Origin: Escherichia phage ESCO5
Sequence record: NC_047776.2
Length of the DNA: 64,000 nt
Reading direction: 5' to 3' (one strand)
A model generated the notes under the pieces. The model ran no database searches and was not told the origin of the DNA. It worked only from the letters and a program-made list of their open reading frames with translations. Position 1 is the first letter of the stretch; each line of letters begins with the position of its first letter. Positions 55,191-61,883 of this stretch are shown piece by piece. The translations under genes and the position numbers were made by a program.

Positions 55191-55212
55191 TTAACAAGAA
55201 TGGAGGTGTGCA

Positions 55213-55383
55213 ATGATTAGCGAGAATCCGTGCAAATGGCATCATGTACCTATTAAAGATTGTATGTCTTGTAATCCACGTTCTATTTATAACATTGCAT
55301 CTTATGACGATGACAATGTGTTAGACGATGATGAAGGCTGGGAGGATTTAGATTGGACTGGTTATGAAACCAAAAAAGGATAA
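55213..55383 (+). CDS. Small Cys-containing protein (56 aa)
   Basis: ORF below the track cutoff; SD GGAGGTG. Confidence 0.4.
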   Translation: MISENPCKWHHVPIKDCMSCNPRSIYNIASYDDDNVLDDDEGWEDLDWTGYETKKG

Positions 55384-55436
55384 AATTATTCCTAGTTGAC
55401 TTAAGATATCCTTCGTGCTAAACTAGAAGTGAGGAG

Positions 55437-55688
55437 ATGCCGATCACTCCCCATTTGGGGTTCGAAGGATATATGCAAAATAGTTTTTATTTTAGGCGCC
55501 GTGCTTGTAATAGGCATTTGACAAACCACTCCAGACGTGATAAAAATGGAGTCATCAAGGAATCAGACCTCTGTTCTATTTGCACAGGTTTGGCTTTTGA
55601 TGATAGTCCCGAAAGGGTTTATCAGCATCAATGTATAACAGACGTTCTCGTGTCAAACTTGGTAGAGGACGAACAACTAACAGATTAG
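55437..55688 (+). CDS. Hypothetical protein
   Basis: 83-aa ORF. Confidence 0.4.
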   Translation: MPITPHLGFEGYMQNSFYFRRRACNRHLTNHSRRDKNGVIKESDLCSICTGLAFDDSPERVYQHQCITDVLVSNLVEDEQLTD

Positions 55689-55696
55689 GAGGAACA

Positions 55697-55945
55697 ATGT
55701 CTCTATTAGAAAAACACGTGTTTGAAGATGGTAACGGCAATGCAGTTTTTCTTTTCCATCCAGAAAAATACACATCTGAAAACAATGGTACAACTTCTAT
55801 TGTAATCACTAAAGATGTTAAAGTTATTGATTTCTTGGCTCTGATGCGAGAGATGGATCTTGAAATTAATACTTTTAACGCAGAAGCTTTGGTTGTTGCT
55901 CTTCTGGAAAAGAAAGATAGTGAAGAAGTAGCAGAATATGCTTAA
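55697..55945 (+). CDS. Hypothetical protein
   Basis: ORF; ATG at 55697 after TTAGGAGG. Confidence 0.45.
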   Translation: MSLLEKHVFEDGNGNAVFLFHPEKYTSENNGTTSIVITKDVKVIDFLALMREMDLEINTFNAEALVVALLEKKDSEEVAEYA

Positions 55946-55952
55946 ATAACTA

Positions 55953-55982
55953 TTGACAAACGTATCCTTCATATGTTAGGAT
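55953..55982 (+). promoter_or_regulatory. Sigma70-like promoter with extended -10 (TTGACA, 18 nt spacer, TGnTAGGAT)
   Basis: Shares the AACTATTGACAA -35 context with the promoters at 56541 and 57509. Confidence 0.4.
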
Positions 55983-56192
55983 ACGTTCATCAAGTGTGGT
56001 AACAGGGTCGTTGACTTTTGTTAAGAGAGGCTTGCACTGCGGATAGTGTTAGAGACTACTTCTTCAGAGGTTAGCTACCAAAGAGGAAAAGGAATAGTCT
56101 CGGCTCAAGAACTTTTACGCTGAAAGTTGGGCTTGGTCTTAGAGAATGTAGCGGTTCCCTACAATCGTCAGCGTCTCTGTTACCACATTTAT

Positions 56193-56267
56193 GGCCCTGT
56201 AGCTCAATGGGAGAGCTGTCGGCTCATAACCGATAGGTAGCTGGATCGAAACCAGCCAGGGCCACCA
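56193..56267 (+). tRNA. tRNA with CAU anticodon (Met or lysidine-modified Ile2 type)
   Basis: Hand-folded cloverleaf: acceptor GGCCCTG/CAGGGCC, anticodon loop CTCATAA, encoded CCA; resembles E. coli tRNA-Ile2. Confidence 0.7.
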
Positions 56268-56269
56268 AC

Positions 56270-56344
56270 GTCTTTATGGTGTAATGGATAGCACAGGAGT
56301 CTTCTAAACTCTTAGTCAAGGTTCGATTCCTTGTAAAGACACCA
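56270..56344 (+). tRNA. tRNA-Arg (anticodon TCT)
   Basis: Acceptor GTCTTTA/TAAAGAC, anticodon loop CTTCTAA, T-loop TTCGATT, encoded CCA. Confidence 0.7.
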
Positions 56345-56540
56345 GAACATTTTAACATGAATTAGCTCAAGTGATTTGAACCCACTACTGATCATGGTGG
56401 CAGAGAATGAGGCAAGTATGTCAGACATTATAAACAAAGGCCACGGTTATATTAGAAGACATAAATGCTCGAAGAGCACCGTTCGTGGAGAACGGGGGTT
56501 GGTGGAGTCACCATTCATGGTAAAATGTTTTAAAAAACTA

Positions 56541-56570
56541 TTGACAACAAACATTATTTTATGTTAGATT
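56541..56570 (+). promoter_or_regulatory. Sigma70-like promoter with extended -10 (TTGACA, 18 nt spacer, TGnTAGATT)
   Basis: Immediately upstream of tRNA-Ser at 56579. Confidence 0.45.
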
Positions 56571-56578
56571 ATAAGTAT

Positions 56579-56669
56579 GGAAGGGCAAATCGACGTGGCG
56601 ACGAAAACGGTCTTGAAAACCGCCGAGCTTGAAAGAGCCTTGGGAGTTCGACTCTCCCTCCTTCCGCCA
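56579..56669 (+). tRNA. tRNA-Ser (anticodon TGA), type II
   Basis: Anticodon arm CGGTCTTGAAAACCG matches E. coli tRNA-Ser(UGA); long variable arm; discriminator G; encoded CCA. Confidence 0.7.
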
Positions 56670-56674
56670 GATTA

Positions 56675-56760
56675 GGTAGATTGGTGAAATGGTAGCCACG
56701 ACAGTTTGCTAAACTGTAGTCGGAAACGGCGTGTAGGTTCGAGTCCTACATCTACCGCCA
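56675..56760 (+). tRNA. tRNA-Ser (anticodon GCT), type II
   Basis: Acceptor GGTAGAT/ATCTACC, anticodon stem-loop ACAGT-TTGCTAA-ACTGT, long variable arm, discriminator G. Confidence 0.7.
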
Positions 56761-56890
56761 AGTTCTTTTTAATGTAGCTTACTTTAGCAGAGTAAATCTT
56801 CGGCAAGTGGCGGTAACCACTTTACCGATACCTCATAGTTAGTGGTGCGAACACTGGCTATTTTAAAAAGAATTTAAATATTAGTATTTA

Positions 56891-56978
56891 GGTGAGTTAA
56901 TTCCGTAGGGGTAGCGGGGCAGACTGTAAATCTGTTATCATTGCGATTCGGGTGGTTCGACTCCATCACTCACCACCA
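56891..56978 (+). tRNA. tRNA-Tyr (anticodon GTA), type II
   Basis: Anticodon arm GCAGACTGTAAATCTG matches E. coli tRNA-Tyr; long variable arm; discriminator A. Confidence 0.7.
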
Positions 56979-56984
56979 AATTAA

Positions 56985-57070
56985 GATGAGTTGGCTGAAT
57001 GGTTTAAGCGGCGGACTGTTAATCCGTGTTCGAAAGAACAATATAGGTTCGAATCCTATACTCATCGCCA
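56985..57070 (+). tRNA. Type-II-shaped tRNA with GTT (Asn) anticodon and discriminator G
   Basis: Acceptor GATGAGT/ACTCATC, 3-bp D-stem, anticodon arm GCGGACTGTTAATCCGT as in E. coli tRNA-Asn, extra GTTC-GAAA-GAAC hairpin in the variable region, T-arm ATAGG-TTCGAAT-CCTAT. Confidence 0.55.
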
Positions 57071-57077
57071 GAATTAT

Positions 57078-57152
57078 GGACTTGTAGAGTTAAGGTAAAC
57101 CCCCAGTCGCCAATAGGCTTCTGGAATTGCAGGTATCGAATCCTGCCGAGTC
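57078..57152 (+). pseudogene. tRNA-like remnant with aberrant anticodon domain
   Basis: Acceptor-like GGACTTG/CGAGTCC and T-arm-like GCAGG-TATCGAAT-CCTGC (8-nt loop); no 7-nt anticodon loop could be folded. Confidence 0.3.
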
Positions 57153-57160
57153 CCAGCATT

Positions 57161-57235
57161 GCTCCTATAGTATAATGGCTATTACAACGGTTTTGTAATC
57201 CGTGGATCTCTGTTCGATTCAGTGTGGGAGCACCA
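57161..57235 (+). tRNA. tRNA-Thr (anticodon TGT)
   Basis: Acceptor GCTCCTA/TGGGAGC, anticodon loop TTTGTAA, T-loop TTCGATT, encoded CCA. Confidence 0.6.
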
Positions 57236-57508
57236 ACACAACATTAAGAGCACTGTGATTGATCGTCGTATCCTGTGCACAAGGTCTGCTCGAAAGACAG
57301 TGTTCTTAGTATTGTGTTGATCACAAAAAGAGTCACCCGAAACTTGACCGGAGTAGGGTTGGATGGGGCAAAATGAGAAGCGGCTCTCCCATCGACAGCA
57401 ACGAAGAATAATATTTGACTTTTGTTTTGTATTATTTTAAGTTAGCTTACCGAACGTAGGGCTAGTCACCCAACGGGATACTCGTCACTGTCCCACTCAA
57501 TAAAACTA

Positions 57509-57538
57509 TTGACAACCAATAGTAAAATGTAGTATAGT
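57509..57538 (+). promoter_or_regulatory. Sigma70-like promoter (TTGACA, 18 nt spacer, TATAGT)
   Basis: Consensus -35 and near-consensus -10 about 12 nt upstream of tRNA-Gly. Confidence 0.55.
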
Positions 57539-57549
57539 AAAGATGTAGG

Positions 57550-57623
57550 GCGTTCTTGGTGTAGCGGTAGCATTCCGTCCTTCCAAGTCGGCGGCACGAG
57601 TTCGATCCTCGTAGAACGCTCCA
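57550..57623 (+). tRNA. tRNA-Gly (anticodon TCC)
   Basis: Acceptor GCGTTCT/AGAACGC, anticodon loop CTTCCAA, T-arm ACGAG-TTCGATC-CTCGT, discriminator T, encoded CCA. Confidence 0.7.
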
Positions 57624-57721
57624 AATTATTTAATAAAGGGTTGCCAGAAAACTTTCTCTTTTACTCATGGTTTTCTCCTTCTCTCACACTTCTTCTGGTT
57701 GCCCTTCATTAAATGATTTAT

Positions 57722-57797
57722 TGGTTTGTAGTGTAGTCCGGTAGCACACGACACTTTGACTGTCGTAGGTTTGGTTCAAATCCAGACAGACCAGCCA
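57722..57797 (+). tRNA. tRNA-Gln (anticodon TTG)
   Basis: U1-A72 start and discriminator G as in E. coli tRNA-Gln; anticodon stem-loop CGACA-CTTTGAC-TGTCG; encoded CCA. Confidence 0.7.
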
Positions 57798-57890
57798 TAT
57801 AACAAAGGTGAGTCACTACCTTAAGTGTGAAGTTAAAAACGAGGAGCCGCCGAACACTTTCTTTTGCGGTGTACCTTTAGAATGTTATCA

Positions 57891-57975
57891 CGGGACGTAG
57901 CACAGCTTGGTAGTGCGCTCGCTTTGGGAGCGAGAGGTCGAGTGTTCGAATCACTCCGTCCCGACCAATTAAATG
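57891..57975 (+). tRNA. tRNA-Pro (anticodon TGG)
   Basis: Acceptor CGGGACG/CGTCCCG, D-stem GCAC/GTGC, anticodon stem-loop CTCGC-TTTGGGA-GCGAG, T-loop TTCGAAT, encoded CCA. Confidence 0.7.
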
Positions 57976-57981
57976 TTTCGT

Positions 57982-58057
57982 AGTTCAATGGTAGAACCCA
58001 CGACTGATAATCGTGAGACACAAGTTCGATTCTTGTCGAAACAACCAGTTTCCCGTT
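57982..58057 (+). tRNA. tRNA-Ile (anticodon GAT)
   Basis: Acceptor TGTTTCG/CGAAACA, D-stem GTTC/GAAC, anticodon stem-loop CACGA-CTGATAA-TCGTG, encoded CCA. Confidence 0.65.
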
Positions 58058-58059
58058 AG

Positions 58060-58129
58060 ACTTACAGGATAAGAGATCCACAATTTATTGTGACGCTGGT
58101 TCGAATCCAGCACGGGATACATAATAGCG
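58060..58129 (+). pseudogene. tRNA-like remnant with perfect T-arm but no foldable anticodon loop
   Basis: T-arm GCTGG-TTCGAAT-CCAGC and acceptor-like TTCCCGT/ACGGGAT; central hairpin CACAA-TTTA-TTGTG has a 4-nt loop; no CCA. Confidence 0.3.
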
Positions 58130-58135
58130 GGATAG

Positions 58136-58214
58136 AGGAGTCTGGTCGTCCTCGCCAGTTTCATATGCTGGAGATCATTGGTTCAAATCCAATTCCCGCC
58201 TCCAAATATCGCTT
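58136..58214 (+). tRNA. tRNA with CAT anticodon (Met type) and mismatched 1:72 pair
   Basis: Anticodon stem-loop CCAGT-TTCATAT-GCTGG, T-arm ATTGG-TTCAAAT-CCAAT, encoded CCA; A1 opposite C72. Confidence 0.6.
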
Positions 58215-58320
58215 GCCAGCGGTATCTTTGAAGACCTTGCCTGGTTCCTTCTAAGATGGAGGGGTGCGACTCCTTAACGCACAATCATAATAAAGCATTT
58301 CAAATTAACAGTATTTATTG

Positions 58321-58342
58321 GCCTCCTTATTGGAGGCTTTTT
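58321..58342 (+). terminator. Rho-independent terminator (GCCTCC-TTATT-GGAGGC followed by T5) ending the tRNA cluster
   Basis: Perfect 6-bp stem and T-run read from the sequence. Confidence 0.7.
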
Positions 58343-58361
58343 GCTATCTATCGAATAAAAC

Positions 58362-58390
58362 TTGACTTATTATTTTTTATATGTTAAGAT
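58362..58390 (+). promoter_or_regulatory. Sigma70-like promoter with extended -10 (TTGACT, 17 nt spacer, TGnTAAGAT)
   Basis: Upstream of the ORF at 58412. Confidence 0.5.
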
Positions 58391-58411
58391 AAAGTTTAGG
58401 AGGATTTTATT

Positions 58412-58708
58412 ATGCCTAAACTAAAACGTGGTCGTGGAAGACCAACAGCCGAAATGCAACAGATTTACGCAATGGATGCGGCGCAAGCAAGTGTAAAAGA
58501 ATTATTTGCAGAGCATTATTTAGAAGCTATGCGGTATATTGTTGAACTTGTTAATGATAAGGATGCAGCAAAACCTCTCCGCTTCCAAGCAGCTAAAGCT
58601 ATTAAAGAGCAAGTAGAAGAATGGTTAGAAGAACATTATGAAGCTATGGAAGAAGAAACCCCTGCCGTGCAGAATACAGATGACGTTCCTAAAAAGATCG
58701 TAATCTAA
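58412..58708 (+). CDS. AT-hook-like DNA-binding protein (possible regulator or small terminase subunit)
   Basis: N-terminal KRGRGRPT motif; own promoter and terminators on both sides. Confidence 0.4.
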   Translation: MPKLKRGRGRPTAEMQQIYAMDAAQASVKELFAEHYLEAMRYIVELVNDKDAAKPLRFQAAKAIKEQVEEWLEEHYEAMEEETPAVQNTDDVPKKIVI

Positions 58709-58756
58709 TCCCTCTCCTCTCTTGGGGCTTTGCCCCTCCTCCTTGTTATTTTTAAC

Positions 58757-58786
58757 ACCCCTCTCCGAAAGGTTAGGGGCTTTTTT
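58757..58786 (+). terminator. Rho-independent terminator (CCCCT...AGGGG stem followed by T6)
   Basis: GC stem plus T-run after the ORF at 58412. Confidence 0.55.
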
Positions 58787-58797
58787 ATTTTTAATGC

Positions 58798-58827
58798 TTG
58801 CAATTGTATATCCTTTTGTGATAAGAT
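58798..58827 (+). promoter_or_regulatory. Sigma70-like promoter with extended -10 (TTGCAA, 18 nt spacer, TGnTAAGAT)
   Basis: Same extended -10 as the promoter at 58362. Confidence 0.4.
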
Positions 58828-58848
58828 CAGATATGAGGAGGATAAAAT

Positions 58849-59022
58849 ATGCGCAATTTTGTAGTTAAAAATGATTTTAACCGTTCTTCTTATCATAAAG
58901 ATAAAAAGAATGATTACACACGGGCTTGGAACTTGGAGGAAGAACTTTATGATGACAGAGAAGACGTGGGAAGAGATCCTAGCGGAGGCTCAACCAATGG
59001 AAGTGAAGAAGATAGTTAATAA
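58849..59022 (+). CDS. Small hydrophilic protein (57 aa)
   Basis: ORF below the track cutoff with strong SD GAGGAGG; overlaps the track ORF 58871-59086 in another frame. Confidence 0.4.
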
Positions 59023-59069
59023 TGCCCCTTCTCTTCCTAAAATAAAATTTTATGAGGAAGTAGAAGATA

Positions 59070-59462
59070 ATGAATCTAAAGACTAAAACTGTATTAGGTT
59101 TTGTTTTAATTGTTGTTCTTATTTTTGCCGGAATGTTTGCTTATAACAAGATACGTGAGTCTGGCTACAAAGATGGTGTTGCCTATCAAACGCAATTATA
59201 TCAAGCAGCCCAAGCAAAAGCAAAACAGGATTTTGATGTTCTTCAAAAAAGAGCCGATGAAGAAAGAGCATTATTAAATACTCAAATAAACAACTTGTCT
59301 AAAAACAATGCACAATTAAGAGCAGATTTAGAGAAGAAGAAACAAACGATCAATGAGGATACAACGAATTATGCAAAAACTAATTCTGGCAGTATGTCTT
59401 GCTTTGCCCCTAATGATGATGGGTTGTTCATCATCAATAAAAGTTTCCCCAGTTCTTATTGA
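59070..59462 (+). CDS. Inner-membrane spanin-like protein (i-spanin candidate)
   Basis: N-terminal transmembrane helix followed by a charged coiled-coil region; overlapped at its 3' end by a lipoprotein ORF. Confidence 0.5.
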   Translation: MNLKTKTVLGFVLIVVLIFAGMFAYNKIRESGYKDGVAYQTQLYQAAQAKAKQDFDVLQKRADEERALLNTQINNLSKNNAQLRADLEKKKQTINEDTTNYAKTNSGSMSCFAPNDDGLFIINKSFPSSY

Positions 59463-59697
59463 TGAGTGTAAGGCTGTAGCCATAGAAAAGGTTAAAGGTC
59501 CAGATTCGGATTTGATGGATAAAGTATCGACACCTGTACCATACACTAAAAATCAAATTGCAAAAGGGGTTAGTAGATCTGAAGTTGTTAACAACCAAAC
59601 TCAAAACAACGCTCTTTGGGAGCAAGATAGACGAAAGGTTTTAGGTTTACAAACATATATTAAAACACTGCAAGAAAAAGGTATTATTGCTGAATAA
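59353..59697 (+). CDS. Outer-membrane lipoprotein spanin-like protein (o-spanin candidate)
   Basis: Signal peptide with lipobox-like LMMMGC followed by SSS; overlaps the i-spanin candidate out of frame. Confidence 0.4.
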   Translation: MRIQRIMQKLILAVCLALPLMMMGCSSSIKVSPVLIDECKAVAIEKVKGPDSDLMDKVSTPVPYTKNQIAKGVSRSEVVNNQTQNNALWEQDRRKVLGLQTYIKTLQEKGIIAE

Positions 59698-59706
59698 GGA
59701 GGGAAT

Positions 59707-61782
59707 GTGGCAAAGAAAAAGGCAGCAGGTAGTTTAGCTGGAGTAGATATTGAAGTAAAGGCTCAACCAGGTAAACAGACTCTTGCAATGGATTTAATGC
59801 CAGAAGTTATGATTTATGGTGGTGCCGCTGGATGTGTTTCTGCTGAAACGGAATATCTTACAAAAGATGGTTGGAAACAGATTAGTGAATATTCGGGAGA
59901 GGATATTTACCAATACAACCCTAAGAATAAGCGTTTAGAATTGGTAACACCTTACTTTGTAGAATACGATTTAAATGGAGATAATCTATACAGAATAACA
60001 AATGGTGTAGGATTGTTCCAAGAACTTAGTATGGAACACCGTTTTGTATTCTATAAGAAAAAGAAATCAAAGAAACATTTCGAGATTCTTGTAGGAGATC
60101 TTATTGCATTACAGCAAATAGGAAAACCCCTGCAAGGTTATGTAGAAAATCCATTCGGTAAACGTGTTCCTTTTAACATACCTGGTAAAAAGAGCACTTA
60201 CTTAAAAATACACGAGGTTATTTCAACAGATGATAAGAAATATTGTTTTGAGACTCCAAGCAGCTATATTGTCTTTAGACGTGGCGATCACTGCTTCGTT
60301 ACTGGGAATAGCGGCAAGTCTCGTCTGCTATTGCTGAAAGCTTTAAAATACGCCTACAAAGACCCTTTGTTTGGGGGAATACTTTTCCGTAAGAACACCA
60401 CTGCTCACCGTAAACCAGGTGGTCTGTTTACAGAAGCAAAACGTTTGTATCTTCCTTTACAACCGCACGTAAAAGAAAGTACAATGGATATCATTTTTGA
60501 AGCCACTGGTGGCGGAACCCTCAAATTCGACCATTTGGAAAATGATAACGTAACAGCAGAAACAAACCATCAGGGTACACAGTATTCAATGGTAGGTTTT
60601 GACGAGTTAACCCACTTCACGCAATATGAAATGCTCTATCTTCTGGGACGTATGCGTTCAGAATCAGAAACAAGCTTCATGTTGTGCACATGTAACCCCG
60701 ATGCAGATAGTTGGGTTTTGAATTGGGTGTTACCTTATCTTGATGAGGGTGGTTATCCTAGAGAAGATATGTGTGGTAAACAAAAATATTTCATCATTGT
60801 TAACGATGAACCTGTTTTTGCTGACACACCTGAAGAACTGAAAGAAAAATATCCAGAAAACTGTTTCATGGAAAACCCTAATACAGGGGAGACAGTTGTT
60901 ATTGAACCACAAACTTTCGTATTTATTGGTGGGACAATATTTGATAACCCAGAACTGATTAGGCTTAACCCTAATTACTTAGCACAGCTTAAATCACAAA
61001 CAGCAATTAAAAGAGCACAGCTTCTGGATGGTTGTTGGTTTGCACGTATTCAGAAAGAATCTTTCTTTCAACGTGAATGGTTACATAAAATATCTTATAA
61101 AGATGTTCCTAACAATCTTAAACTAATGCGAGCCTGGGATAAAGCTGTTTCAGTTCCTACAGAAACTTATCGTTATCCAGACTATACAACGTCTGTCAAA
61201 ATGGGTAAAGATCAAGATGGTAATATCTACATCTTTGGTGACTATGACTATGACGCTGTGGATGAGAAAAGTAAAATTTTCGGAAGGTTTAGAAGACTAC
61301 CTGGGGAAAGGGATAATCTGATTCTTAATCAATGTAAGATTGATGGACCAGAAGTTACAGTAGTGCTTCCTAAAGACCCATCTGGTGCTGGGACAATAGA
61401 ATATACAGAGTCTGCAAAGAAACTTATTCTAGAAGGTTTTGTTGTTAAACCAGACGCTATGCCAGGCAACAAGAAAAAGCTTCAGCGTTTTATGCCTTTT
61501 AGTAGTGCGTGTCAAAATGGTTTTGTTTATATTGTTGAAGATTCTTTCCCTAATGTGGAAACTCTAACCCACTTTTATAAAGAATTGGAATCTTTCAATG
61601 GTGAAAGATCTACAGCCACTATTAAAGATGACATTCCCGATGCTGCTGCTTCTTGTTTCAATACTCTGTCAAAAGAGAATACTTTTAAGGCAGTAGCTAT
61701 CCCTACAACAACAAATGCTCCTACAGGATACAGTAGAATGAACAGCGGATTTCACCAACCGTATAGTGTCCGTAAAAGATAA
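59707..61782 (+). CDS. Terminase large subunit, interrupted by a mini-intein
   Basis: Split Walker A YGGAAG...SGKS, Walker B MVGFDELTHF, size and position upstream of the portal gene. Confidence 0.75.
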   Translation: MAKKKAAGSLAGVDIEVKAQPGKQTLAMDLMPEVMIYGGAAGCVSAETEYLTKDGWKQISEYSGEDIYQYNPKNKRLELVTPYFVEYDLNGDNLYRITNGVGLFQELSMEHRFVFYKKKKSKKHFEILVGDLIALQQIGKPLQGYVENPFGKRVPFNIPGKKSTYLKIHEVISTDDKKYCFETPSSYIVFRRGDHCFVTGNSGKSRLLLLKALKYAYKDPLFGGILFRKNTTAHRKPGGLFTEAKRLYLPLQPHVKESTMDIIFEATGGGTLKFDHLENDNVTAETNHQGTQYSMVGFDELTHFTQYEMLYLLGRMRSESETSFMLCTCNPDADSWVLNWVLPYLDEGGYPREDMCGKQKYFIIVNDEPVFADTPEELKEKYPENCFMENPNTGETVVIEPQTFVFIGGTIFDNPELIRLNPNYLAQLKSQTAIKRAQLLDGCWFARIQKESFFQREWLHKISYKDVPNNLKLMRAWDKAVSVPTETYRYPDYTTSVKMGKDQDGNIYIFGDYDYDAVDEKSKIFGRFRRLPGERDNLILNQCKIDGPEVTVVLPKDPSGAGTIEYTESAKKLILEGFVVKPDAMPGNKKKLQRFMPFSSACQNGFVYIVEDSFPNVETLTHFYKELESFNGERSTATIKDDIPDAAASCFNTLSKENTFKAVAIPTTTNAPTGYSRMNSGFHQPYSVRKR
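59833..60309 (+). mobile_element. Mini-intein (159 aa, HINT domain only) in the terminase P-loop
   Basis: Begins CVSAETEYLT (block A, Cys1), contains SMEHRF (block B TxxH-like), ends DHCFVTGN with +1 Ser; resembles the Ssp DnaE intein termini. Confidence 0.7.
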
Positions 61783-61785
61783 TTG

Positions 61786-61814
61786 TTGACAAAAGTCACT
61801 TTAAAGTGTATTAT
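61786..61814 (+). promoter_or_regulatory. Sigma70-like promoter (TTGACA, 17 nt spacer, TATTAT)
   Basis: Consensus hexamers upstream of the portal gene. Confidence 0.55.
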
Positions 61815-61883
61815 AACTAGATAGGTGAGGTTGTATATAATACAGCCTTGCCTTAACGATTTTATACCTGACTGGAGGAACAA

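Noticed and set aside
56376-56567. 63-aa plus-strand ORF inside the tRNA cluster
   Set aside because: No ribosome-binding site, lies between tRNA genes and overlaps a promoter; more likely non-coding spacer.
57833-58081. 82-aa minus-strand ORF
   Set aside because: Antisense to tRNA-Pro and tRNA-Ile; an artefact of the six-frame translation.
58215-58300. Possible additional tRNA after the last Met-type tRNA
   Set aside because: A GGAG-GGTGCGA-CTCC hairpin resembles a T-arm, but no complementary acceptor stem or anticodon arm could be folded.
58871-59086. 71-aa track ORF overlapping the 58849-59022 ORF
   Set aside because: Its 5' half overlaps a better-supported ORF with a strong Shine-Dalgarno sequence; only its 3' part (from ATG 58949) might be real, which could not be resolved by eye.
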